NCBI GenBank assembly: GCA_965215275.1
Contig: OZ244044.1
Coordinates: 32,001 to 96,000, forward strand
DNA from: Thermodesulfobacteriota bacterium
GTDB lineage: Bacteria > Desulfobacterota_D > UBA1144 > Nemesobacterales > JAJCZQ01
Reading direction: 5' to 3'
DNA: 64,000 bases
Below are positions 42,685 to 51,949 of the stretch, piece after piece; position 1 is the stretch's first letter; each line of letters starts with the position of its first letter. The notes below the pieces were generated by a model. That model had not been told where the DNA came from. It saw only the letters and a program-made list of their open reading frames with translations, and made no database searches. The position numbers were made by a program, and so were the translations under genes.

Positions 42685-43342
42685 TCTCATCACTGAAGTC
42701 GTGCGGGTCTTTATTCAGCGGGCATTTATCACAGTTTGCTCTCCTGCCACAGTGATCCTTCCCGACCTTTATGATAAGTGCGTGGTATTCATTAAAGGCA
42801 GCATGGTCTTCTTCAAGGTTTTGCATAAAGATCTCCTGCATCTCATCGTAAGAGCAGTTCATGGGTATCATACCGTGCCTGTAAAGTATCCTGTAGGTGT
42901 ATTTATCAACTACAAAAACAGGTTTGTTTAGTGCGTACAACAGGATGGTGTCGACCGTTTCGGGACCTATACCGTTTATTGACAGCAGTCTGTTCCTGAG
43001 TTCGTTTTTGTCTGCATGCATCATGTTTTCCGTCTTACCGTCAAATTCCCTGTTTATAAAGTTCAGGATACTTTTCAGTCTGAACGTCTTTTGATTGTAG
43101 TATCCCGAGGGTTTAATTAGTTGAGTCAGCTTTTCAGCTGGCAGATCAGAAAGATTTCTTTCATTTAAGACCATGTGGGACTTTATATTCCTGATCGCCA
43201 GTTCAGCGTTCTTCCATGCGGTGTTCTGGGTCAGTACCGCTCCGACCACGCATTCAAAGGGACTGTCCGCAGGCCACCAGTTTTGCGGTCCGTAGTGTGC
43301 AAAAAGGTATTCGAATATATCGTTTATTCTTTTATTCAGCAC
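42677..43342 (-). CDS. Endonuclease III-like HhH-GPD glycosylase
   Basis: WWPADSPFE, LTQNTAW, GIGPETVD, VVDKY, C-terminal Cys cluster. Confidence 0.9.
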   Translation of the reverse strand: MLNKRINDIFEYLFAHYGPQNWWPADSPFECVVGAVLTQNTAWKNAELAIRNIKSHMVLNERNLSDLPAEKLTQLIKPSGYYNQKTFRLKSILNFINREFDGKTENMMHADKNELRNRLLSINGIGPETVDTILLYALNKPVFVVDKYTYRILYRHGMIPMNCSYDEMQEIFMQNLEEDHAAFNEYHALIIKVGKDHCGRRANCDKCPLNKDPHDFSDEII

Positions 43343-43441
43343 TGACCTATACCGTTATTTATCTGTGAACTTTAAGTGATCAAAGTAAGTCTGAGCATTT
43401 TTAATAAAAAGGTATCTGAACATTAACGGGTTACAGAAGCG

Positions 43442-46400
43442 TCAGAAGTCAAAGTGGTAGAATATATCCACTCCTGTATTACTGCCTCCGATCACACTGT
43501 TGATCAGAAAGGAATCGGTAAGATCATATTCTATATTTACTTTGTTTTGAAGATTGGGTGATGAAGTGGTAATTACTGACAGTTCCCGTTTGTAGGACAC
43601 GTATAATCTGTCATTAATAAATGAACCCACTTTAACCTGTGGTTGAGAAAAATTCCCCTGCTTGCTGTTCTGTATACTGACGACGTGGATAATACTATCC
43701 AGTCCCAGTTTTGGCAGAATAGACGCTGTAAGTTCCTCCATAGCTATGCTGGAGGCAAGTTCCTGAGAGAGATGTCTCTGGTCGGAACCTAATTTCGCAT
43801 TTGGAATTCCGAAGATCAGATACGATATTATGTCTTCTTTGCTCATAGGAGGCGTGCTGGACAGATTGATCGTCGGGTCTTGAGCTTCTCCGACTATATT
43901 GATCAGGATATTCCTGTCCTGGATCTCATAATCAGCGGTCAGGTCGACCTGTGGGTTGAACTCTTCAATGGACGGGAAATTCAGAAAGCCTTTTTTTATC
44001 TTGAACAGTTTGCCAAAAACCGTATAGTTGCCTTTTTTAGTGCTGATGGTTCCGGATATAACATGAAATGCTCCAAAATCCTTGCTGATATTCAGGTCCC
44101 CTGCGACCGCCACCTTGGCATTTTGTTGAGAAATCCACGTATTGTCCGGTATATTAAGTTCGAGGTCGGCTGCAACGTTGTTCTTGTAGTAAGTCCCGTC
44201 TTGTTCAGCAGTTTCGTGTTTTGTTTCAGGAACGTCCACAAAAGTTATATCACTGGAGATTTGCTCTTCGCGTTGACTTTTGATCTCGATCTCAAGGTCG
44301 TTCGGTTCTAATTTTCCCGTCAGTCTGATCTTCCAATTTTTGCCTTTTAGAGCAAGGATGCCGTTTAACTTCGTGTCGAACAGCGTATACTTGATATAGA
44401 AATCATCCAGGTTTATATCCGCCTGGTATGTGAAGTTATCTAAGTTGGCGTCTCCGGATACTTTAGCTTTTCCCTCACTTGAGGTAACTATGGTTTCCAG
44501 GAGAGTTGCACGGTTGTTTTTAAAATCTATTACTGCATTGTTCGCACTGATGGAGTTTTCCAGAAGTGGGGTCAGTATGCTGGTATTTTCAAGTTTTGAA
44601 GTGCCGTTCAGCTCAGGAGCGAGAAGGGAACCGGTTACAAGAAGATCGGTCGTCAGATTTCCGTAAAGCTCCTTTATATAAGGTTCGAATAAAAGCAGGG
44701 GAGATATGTCCATACCATTGAGTTTCATTTTAAGATCCAGTTCTGCCTCCATGAGTTTGCTCAGATCATAAAAATCGATCGGGGATCGAACAGTTCCACT
44801 TACTACCGAATAGGTACCGTCCTTGTTCTTGTCTCTCAGATTGATCCTGGTCTTGTTTTCCAGTCCCGTGATCTTTATACTTGGTGAAAAACGATACTGG
44901 TCATTGATCATGATACTGTCAGAACTGCTGATCAGTGATACCCTGGGTTTACTGAGATGACCGCTCAGGCTGAACTCCAGGTCGGCATATCCCTGTATAT
45001 TAACGTCGTTTGGCAAAAGGCTGGAGACAGAAGCGAGGTTTATGCTCTTTACTTTGATCATAAGATCGGACTGTTTGTCGTTGTAGCTTAGGTAACCATC
45101 TGCATATATCTCGCTTTTTCCATTTTTCAGTAACAGGGAATGAATATCGGTCCTGTTCGGACCAAGAGAGATCGTTAATGTTTCCGTATTGGATAAAGAC
45201 TGCCCGCCCAGATCCAGATCAAGAGTATGTATATCTATTTTTTTATTACTGTTTTCAAAATTATAAACGATGAGATCGGAAACCATTCTTTCGGTATCGC
45301 TGAACTGACCGTTTAAATGGACCTTGACGTCCTGACTGAACGTCTTTGCCATGAACTTTAATGTCTTCAGGTATGTATTGCCGTATTCGATCTCGTGAAG
45401 ATCTGAATTTATATCAAAGTCCAGTACTTCGTTCTTCCGAAATTCAGTGGAAAGATCTATCTTACCCTCTTTAACGTAAAACTTGTTCCCGTATTTCAGT
45501 CCTGAAATATCCGCGTTTACGTTCATCTTCGGGTTTTTCATGCTGCCCGTCAGGGTACCGTTCAGCTTTACCGCTCCTCCGGGTTTTACTTCTTTGTTAT
45601 AAAGATTGTTTAAGAAGGCGATGTCTTCTGATGAGGCGTTAAAAAGCACGTTAATGCTGTTTTCCTCATCATTTTCACCTTGCATCTCCAGGGAAAAGAA
45701 ATTTGAAGAGACGTTCAGGAACAGTCTTTTAAGGTTCTGTCCGTCGTATATTGAGTCTATACTGCCTCTGATCAGCGAGATCCCGTACATGGTTGAGTTA
45801 TCAAAGCTTCCCTTAACGGTAAGTGCAAGATCGTTTTTGGTCTCTTTGTAAGGAATATCACCGGAGACTTTCAGATCTGAGTTCAGCAGGACCGAGCTGT
45901 CGGACAAGGCGAGCAGAGAGGAAACGGGGAATTTATATGATCTGGTTTTCAGATCGAAGGTGAAACGGTCGGCAGAGACCTGCACCCGGCCGTCGGCTTT
46001 CAGAGGGTTTTGTTCATCGACCCTTAAGTTCAGATCAGAAACGTCAAAACTGGCCGTAAAGTTGCTTTTATCAGACCAGGAACCCTTTACCGCGAAAGTG
46101 GTATCGGCTTTGAGATCGTTATGGACCTTCAAAAGTCCGGACCTGATACCTATAGTTTTGAACAGGTCCTTTATTAACAGGTCGTCAAGGTCTGTATTGA
46201 GGTAATATTCATTGATCTTTTCTCCGGTAAGGAGCTGCTTAACGTCAACGTACCCATCAACGCCTGACCTGCCCAGTTCATAATTAATGTCCCCTTTTAT
46301 ATCTATCCTTGTACCGTTCATCCTGATATCCTTAAATGACGCCTGTAACCGGTTATCTCTTATTGTGGAATTAGTGATATCTACGTCTGCTTCCGCGGCG

Positions 46401-47242
46401 ATATTGCTCAGACTGTATATCTTCGCTTTGGTTTTGATATTTGCATTGAACGTCCCAATGCCGTCATAGCTGTATTCATCAAGAAGAACATCTGCCGTGA
46501 TCTCGGGAAAACTAAAATCGTTCACAGTCCCGCTGCTTCTTATGTCCATCCCGTTTACAGACCCTTTGAGATCTTCAAAAGTCGCCCCGTGCGTTGTTAT
46601 AATGGCGTTTGTTTTAATGTCTCTGAATTTTAAGTTGCCAAGTTTATTAAAATCGACGTTCAGGTCATAGGCATCTACAACGAACTTCTTATTTAATTCG
46701 ATCAGATCGATCGATAATCTGGAATCATAAAATAAAAACGTCAGATATCTGTCTTTAAGACCGTCATCGATTATCACCTTTGATCTGCTGATCGAGGCGT
46801 TGCTCAGATATACGTTTATCGGTTTTTCCCCGTCCTGCTTTTTTTTCCTTGTCTTTATTTTTCTGAAATTCCATATACCGCTTTCATCTCTCGTTATATT
46901 GATCTCTGCACCACTTACCCTGGCTTTTCTGAGGGGTATATCTCCATTTATGAAAAAAGACAGTAAGGAAGGCAGGTAATATTGAGCGGTTATCTCTTCT
47001 ATTTTTACAAGAGCTGTTTCTTCGGTTATCAGCTCAACGTCCCTGAGGGTTATATCGTATATTATGCTTCCCTCTATACTTCCGATATGGAACCTCTGAT
47101 CGATAGAGGAACTTACCTTGCTGTTTACAGTGGTCCTCAGAAATTCCTTAAAGTGATGAGTCTGAACGTATGTTGCCGCTGCGATGATCAGAGAAGCTAC
47201 AGAGAATATTATTATCAGCAGTGTAGATGAAATAGGCCGCAT
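43442..47242 (-). CDS. tamB: TamB/AsmA-like translocation and assembly module protein
   Basis: N-terminal anchor, long beta-rich body, C-terminal LSSTPPMSKEDIISYLIFG..GVDIFYHFDF. Confidence 0.82.
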   Translation of the reverse strand: MRPISSTLLIIIFSVASLIIAAATYVQTHHFKEFLRTTVNSKVSSSIDQRFHIGSIEGSIIYDITLRDVELITEETALVKIEEITAQYYLPSLLSFFINGDIPLRKARVSGAEINITRDESGIWNFRKIKTRKKKQDGEKPINVYLSNASISRSKVIIDDGLKDRYLTFLFYDSRLSIDLIELNKKFVVDAYDLNVDFNKLGNLKFRDIKTNAIITTHGATFEDLKGSVNGMDIRSSGTVNDFSFPEITADVLLDEYSYDGIGTFNANIKTKAKIYSLSNIAAEADVDITNSTIRDNRLQASFKDIRMNGTRIDIKGDINYELGRSGVDGYVDVKQLLTGEKINEYYLNTDLDDLLIKDLFKTIGIRSGLLKVHNDLKADTTFAVKGSWSDKSNFTASFDVSDLNLRVDEQNPLKADGRVQVSADRFTFDLKTRSYKFPVSSLLALSDSSVLLNSDLKVSGDIPYKETKNDLALTVKGSFDNSTMYGISLIRGSIDSIYDGQNLKRLFLNVSSNFFSLEMQGENDEENSINVLFNASSEDIAFLNNLYNKEVKPGGAVKLNGTLTGSMKNPKMNVNADISGLKYGNKFYVKEGKIDLSTEFRKNEVLDFDINSDLHEIEYGNTYLKTLKFMAKTFSQDVKVHLNGQFSDTERMVSDLIVYNFENSNKKIDIHTLDLDLGGQSLSNTETLTISLGPNRTDIHSLLLKNGKSEIYADGYLSYNDKQSDLMIKVKSINLASVSSLLPNDVNIQGYADLEFSLSGHLSKPRVSLISSSDSIMINDQYRFSPSIKITGLENKTRINLRDKNKDGTYSVVSGTVRSPIDFYDLSKLMEAELDLKMKLNGMDISPLLLFEPYIKELYGNLTTDLLVTGSLLAPELNGTSKLENTSILTPLLENSISANNAVIDFKNNRATLLETIVTSSEGKAKVSGDANLDNFTYQADINLDDFYIKYTLFDTKLNGILALKGKNWKIRLTGKLEPNDLEIEIKSQREEQISSDITFVDVPETKHETAEQDGTYYKNNVAADLELNIPDNTWISQQNAKVAVAGDLNISKDFGAFHVISGTISTKKGNYTVFGKLFKIKKGFLNFPSIEEFNPQVDLTADYEIQDRNILINIVGEAQDPTINLSSTPPMSKEDIISYLIFGIPNAKLGSDQRHLSQELASSIAMEELTASILPKLGLDSIIHVVSIQNSKQGNFSQPQVKVGSFINDRLYVSYKRELSVITTSSPNLQNKVNIEYDLTDSFLINSVIGGSNTGVDIFYHFDF

Positions 47243-47457
47243 AATCCTAAAAAATATCTTATTAGATTACAACTTACAATCCAGTAGCATGAACTTGTTT
47301 TATTTAAAAGGTATATTTCTGCTTTTTTAGTGGTACAATACTTACAACTGCAGGAATTCCTTTAAGTGAGTTTAAGGGTTGTTCAGTTAAATTATTGCAA
47401 TCATATACTCCTCTGCGGTTTTTAACTTGACTTTAATATTTACGAGCACAGTACACT

Positions 47458-48813
47458 ATGATCAGATTGCTGAAAATACCGCTCATACTTATCGTTGCTG
47501 GATTTATTGTTGGATATGTGATTTTACCGGTCCTGCCGAAGTTCGAATGGGACCCGCCCGAGGTGAAGTTTACCAGCAATACGGGATATATTGGACTGAA
47601 CCCGTTTGAAATATCTTTGGTGGACAGTGGCGCGGGACTGAAAAGCGCCATGGTTTACCTGAGTGATGAGAACACTGAGACCTTAATAGCGAATAAAAAC
47701 TATGGTCCCGGGGTCAGTAAAGACAGCATCATTATAAAAATAGATAAAAAAACAGGGATTGAAGAGGGTAAGGTCGGGTTAAAAGTGGTTGTTGAGGATC
47801 ACTCGCTTATAAGATTTTTCAAAGGTAATGTAACCAGCCTGGAAGTGACCTTTAACCTTGATCTTCAGCGTCCAAGGATAAAAGAGTTATCAGGCGCCCA
47901 GTATATAACGCACGGCGGGTCGGGTTTTATAATTTACAGATCTTCCAAAGACACAAAAAAAAGCGGGATAAGGGTCGGAGATTATTTTTTTCCTGGTTAC
48001 AGTGGTTATTTTAATGATTCAACCCTGTACGTCTGCTTTTTTGCCTATCCTTATGACCTGGGTAACGATGGAGAGGATATGTACCTGTACGCGGTCGATG
48101 TAGCTGGAAATGAGATGTCAACTCCCATATTCTATAAACTTTTAAAAGCCAGCTACAAGCAAAGCACCCTGGTTATAAGCGAAAAGTTCATTTTGAAAAA
48201 AATGCTTCCTTTTATTGAAGAGCAGGTGGATGATCCCGAAGACAGGGTTCAGGAGATATTTCTTACGGTTAATAACAAGATGCGCAGGGAGAGTAATAAA
48301 AAGATCGAGGAAATAACAAAACAATCAAAAAACCAGAGATATTGGTCTGGAAAATTCCAGCAGCTGTCGAATTCAAAGGTCATAGCGACTTTTGGGGACA
48401 AGCGAACTTACATTGTAAAAGGCGAGAACATCGATCAGCAGTACCATCTTGGCTACGACCTTTCCGTTACAAGGAAATATCCGGTTGAAGCTGCTAATGA
48501 CGGGGTCGTAACGTTTGTAGGAGAGGTTGATATTTACGGCGACTCGGTGATCGTGGACCATGGACTGGGAGTTATGTCCCTTTACTCTCATCTGAGCTTG
48601 ATCGTGGTGAATGAAGGAGATGAAGTAAAGAAGGGTTCCATAATAGGCAGGACCGGCACCACGGGTTTTGCAATTGGCGATCATCTGCATTTTGGTATGT
48701 ACGTTCACGGTGTACCCGTAAGACCGCTCGAATGGTGGGATGCTAAATGGATCGATGAAAAAATATACAGCCGGATCGAGTTTATACAGATGAGAGATGA
48801 GGCAAATAACTGA
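47458..48813 (+). CDS. M23-family metallopeptidase
   Basis: HLGYD, YSHLS, DHLHF. Confidence 0.93.
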   Translation: MIRLLKIPLILIVAGFIVGYVILPVLPKFEWDPPEVKFTSNTGYIGLNPFEISLVDSGAGLKSAMVYLSDENTETLIANKNYGPGVSKDSIIIKIDKKTGIEEGKVGLKVVVEDHSLIRFFKGNVTSLEVTFNLDLQRPRIKELSGAQYITHGGSGFIIYRSSKDTKKSGIRVGDYFFPGYSGYFNDSTLYVCFFAYPYDLGNDGEDMYLYAVDVAGNEMSTPIFYKLLKASYKQSTLVISEKFILKKMLPFIEEQVDDPEDRVQEIFLTVNNKMRRESNKKIEEITKQSKNQRYWSGKFQQLSNSKVIATFGDKRTYIVKGENIDQQYHLGYDLSVTRKYPVEAANDGVVTFVGEVDIYGDSVIVDHGLGVMSLYSHLSLIVVNEGDEVKKGSIIGRTGTTGFAIGDHLHFGMYVHGVPVRPLEWWDAKWIDEKIYSRIEFIQMRDEANN

Positions 48814-48836
48814 TACGTCGTCCGGAGCACTGAAGC

Positions 48837-49559
48837 TTGATCGTTTATGGCAGAAATCCGGTATTGGAGATCTTAAATTATGATCCCGCCTCAATTAAGG
48901 AAATATTCTTATCCCGCACCAGTTCCTCTGAAAAATTTACCGAAATAGTTCGAACCGCAAGAAAGAAAGGAATAAAACTGTCTTTTGTGGAAAGGGACAG
49001 ATTAAATATCCTGTCCGATACCTCAAAACATCAAGGTATGGCCGCGGATATAAAAGAGTTCCGATACGCTTGCTTTAACGATCTGTTAAAAAGAAAGGAG
49101 AATGTATTTTATCTTATACTTGACCATTTGGAGGACCCTAATAATCTGGGAGCGATTATAAGGACTTCCGCTTTCTTCAGCGTTGATGGTGTTTTACTTC
49201 CAAAGAACAGGGCAGTGGGGGTTACACCTGCCGTGATCAAGACCTCCTCGGGTACGACTGCAGCAACCCCGATCTGCAGAGTAGGCAGTTTAAAAAACGC
49301 CATAGATGAGTTAAAAAGGAACGGTTTCTGGATAGTTGGTGCTGATGCTTCTGCGGAAAAAGCGGTTTATGACCTTGATACTGATGGTTTAAAGCTCGCA
49401 CTGGTAATAGGGAACGAAGGCAGGGGTATTGGTAAAGGAATTAAGGACGGGTGCGATTTCCTGGTATCTGTTCCTAAGACCGGAGATACTGACTCTTTGA
49501 ACGTCTCTGTTGCAACGGGAATTATGATATATGAACTGACAAGGTCAAAAAGGACTTGA
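48837..49559 (+). CDS. rlmB: 23S rRNA G2251 2'-O-methyltransferase
   Basis: YGRNPV, HQG, DPNNLGAIIR, GNEGRG, SLNVSVA. Confidence 0.93.
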   Translation: MIVYGRNPVLEILNYDPASIKEIFLSRTSSSEKFTEIVRTARKKGIKLSFVERDRLNILSDTSKHQGMAADIKEFRYACFNDLLKRKENVFYLILDHLEDPNNLGAIIRTSAFFSVDGVLLPKNRAVGVTPAVIKTSSGTTAATPICRVGSLKNAIDELKRNGFWIVGADASAEKAVYDLDTDGLKLALVIGNEGRGIGKGIKDGCDFLVSVPKTGDTDSLNVSVATGIMIYELTRSKRT

Positions 49560-49585
49560 AAAAAACAACAATGGTCCGTTGATTT

Positions 49586-49942
49586 TTACGTGCTTGAGAA
49601 CTGCTTGTTTATAATACTGTTGTAGTAAAAATCGATCGTATGCTCAAGTGACTTTAAAAACAGATCAATGATTTCCTGCTGACCTTTCTCCGATCTTATA
49701 AATACTGAAGCGTCTGCTTTTTTATCTAATATGAGCTTTAAGTTTTCGGAGACCGACTCGGCAAAGTTTTCCCTGTCGTTGTTTAAAGCTATTTCTATTA
49801 AAGCCTGGTCCTGAGCGTCATATTTTCTGTTTGTAATTGCGGCCGACAGGCTGCCGATGAGTTCTTTAGTTACAGACCCTTTATAATTCTCCTTCAAAGA
49901 GGTTTCAAAGATCTTTATGAGCTCTTCAGTATAAATAGCCAT
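49586..49942 (-). CDS. Hypothetical protein
   Basis: 118-aa ORF with protein-like composition; no motif recognised. Confidence 0.65.
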   Translation of the reverse strand: MAIYTEELIKIFETSLKENYKGSVTKELIGSLSAAITNRKYDAQDQALIEIALNNDRENFAESVSENLKLILDKKADASVFIRSEKGQQEIIDLFLKSLEHTIDFYYNSIINKQFSST

Positions 49943-50021
49943 GGATGTTCGGTCGTTCAGTAAAGATCAGGGAATTATATCTGATGTTGCCCGAGATTAA
50001 AAAACAAGCGTCAATTCTTTT

Positions 50022-51574
50022 GGGATTTATATACTTAAGTACCAAACAAAGGATTTAACATATAAATGGGATTGTAATATAATTACAGAGGAATGGATAG
50101 TGAAAAGAGGATAATTAAGCAGACGAGGACTGACCGCAGAGTGATTGGATTGAATCACCCTTCAACTCATAAGGGTTTGGAAAGGACTTTGGACCAGCTT
50201 ACTTATCTGTATAACTGTGCTCTGGAAGAAAAGAAAGAAGCGTACAAAAAATACAAGAAGCTGAAGAAGTGGGGTTTGTCAGAAGAGAGATTACAGATGT
50301 ATTTCTACCCACAATGGGAGTTTGGTACTTCATACAACAAGAAGAACAGAGTTAAATATCTGGAAACAGTTTATGAAGCAGTTAACAGGTTTGTAAGTAA
50401 TATCAGACCTTGTGATGATCCAGTTAACTGGAGAGAGTTAACTGAACAGGAGATGAAGAAGAAGTCAGTAAGTTATGAAGATCAGGCGAAGTCGCTGACG
50501 GAGATAAGGAATGATGTTTTATTGAAAGAATTCAGCAAGGCAGGAGTTCAGGCACAGCAAAGGACGTTAAAGAGAGTGGATAAGGCTTACAGTGATTATA
50601 TTAAAGGATTGAGAGGCAGTCCTAGATATAAGAACAGCAGCAGGAAGGTAAGAAGTTTTGAAACATATACATGGGGAAATGTAAAGAAAGGAGAGAGAAG
50701 GACATATTTAACGGTAAAGGGAGCAGGCAGGATCTCATTCAGGGGAAGCATACCGGAAGGAACAAAATACATAAGAATATTAAGAACAGCTTTAAGAGTG
50801 GAGGTTCAGTTTGTTTACGAGAAGATAGCTGGAGAGGACAGAGGACTGGACAGACCTGTAGGAATGGACCTTGGAGTAAGGAACAGGATTGCTTTATCAG
50901 ATGGGTCGTTTTACAAGGGAACTGAAGTAAGCAGAAAGAAAGACAAAAGAAAGCAAAGAGCAGTTTCAAGAGCTGAGAAAAGTTCGAACGGCAGAAAGAA
51001 GAAGATAAAGCTGCTTACGAAGGAACGAGCAAGAACAGCAATGAAGGAACATAACAAAGTTCACAGGTTAACTACAGAACTGTCAAGAGCGTATAATTTT
51101 GTTATATCAGAAGATCTGAGATTAAGGGATATGAGCAGATCGGCAAAGGGGAACGTGGGAGATCCGGGTAAGAAAGTAAAGCAGAAATCTGGATTAAACA
51201 GGTCCTTACGGGAACAGCAATTGGGCAAGGTATTAGATCAGCTTGAATACAAGGTTAAAAGCACTGGTGGCAAGCTGATCAGGAACCCGGCTCAATATAC
51301 GTCACAGACCTGTTCTGAGTGCGGATACAGAGATAAAAGGAACAGAAGAGGAGAAGTATTTAAGTGCGTGTATTGCGGTCATAAAGACCATGCAGACACG
51401 AATGCAGCTATAAACATTTGCAATAGTGAAAACACGCTATGTCGGGTGGGACAGCCAGACTTGAGCTCCCGATGCAGGCTGTAAATGTTTTATCAAAAGA
51501 GAACAGGGAATCAAGAGGGACTCTGCTTGCAGAACAGTATGTTTAGTACTTGTGTGCTAAAGTATATAACTCCC
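50022..51574 (+). mobile_element. tnpB-only element bounded by imperfect inverted repeats
   Basis: Left GGGATTTATATACTTAAGTAC; reverse complement of right GGGAGTTATATACTTTAGCAC (18/21 identical); no tnpA inside. Confidence 0.7.
50093..51484 (+). CDS. tnpB: RNA-guided endonuclease TnpB family protein
   Basis: RuvC motifs GMDLG, SEDL and ADTNAAINI; zinc finger CSECG..CVYCG; YTSQTC; KSGLNRSL. Confidence 0.96.
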   Translation: MDSEKRIIKQTRTDRRVIGLNHPSTHKGLERTLDQLTYLYNCALEEKKEAYKKYKKLKKWGLSEERLQMYFYPQWEFGTSYNKKNRVKYLETVYEAVNRFVSNIRPCDDPVNWRELTEQEMKKKSVSYEDQAKSLTEIRNDVLLKEFSKAGVQAQQRTLKRVDKAYSDYIKGLRGSPRYKNSSRKVRSFETYTWGNVKKGERRTYLTVKGAGRISFRGSIPEGTKYIRILRTALRVEVQFVYEKIAGEDRGLDRPVGMDLGVRNRIALSDGSFYKGTEVSRKKDKRKQRAVSRAEKSSNGRKKKIKLLTKERARTAMKEHNKVHRLTTELSRAYNFVISEDLRLRDMSRSAKGNVGDPGKKVKQKSGLNRSLREQQLGKVLDQLEYKVKSTGGKLIRNPAQYTSQTCSECGYRDKRNRRGEVFKCVYCGHKDHADTNAAINICNSENTLCRVGQPDLSSRCRL

Positions 51575-51590
51575 TAACCAGATAAGCATT
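51430..51590 (+). ncRNA. Putative omegaRNA (reRNA) overlapping the tnpB 3' end; boundaries approximate
   Basis: Position typical of TnpB guide scaffolds; terminal hairpin TTTAGTAC-TTGT-GTGCTAAA at 51542-51561. Confidence 0.55.
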
Positions 51591-51602
51591 AAGGAGAGAG
51601 AA

Positions 51603-51773
51603 ATGGGAGACAAATTTAGAAGGGATATTCAGGATATTATGGACAGGTTTTCTAAAGAGCAAGATGCCAAATTTGCTGAACAGAGTGCCAAGATTGCTGA
51701 ACAAACTATTAACCTGACAGCAGAAATCAAACGATTACTGGAAATTAATAAAAACCAGCAGAAAAACCAGTAA
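51603..51773 (+). CDS. Small coiled-coil-like protein (56 aa)
   Basis: SD AAGGAGAG; MGDKFRRDIQDIMDRFSKEQDAKFAEQSAKIAEQTINLTAEIKRLLEINKNQQKNQ. Confidence 0.6.
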   Translation: MGDKFRRDIQDIMDRFSKEQDAKFAEQSAKIAEQTINLTAEIKRLLEINKNQQKNQ

Positions 51774-51949
51774 TTCTCCTGTTACCTTCTTTGATCAGCA
51801 TTAAATAACCTGTATCTGCCAATGTATAAACTCTGAATCTGTTAGATTTGATTCATCCAGGTCCACTTTTTAAGAAAAATATACTTACTGCTCCGTTAAA
51901 AAGCAGTGCGAAAAAAATATAAAATTCCCTTCTTTTAAATAACGTTCCT

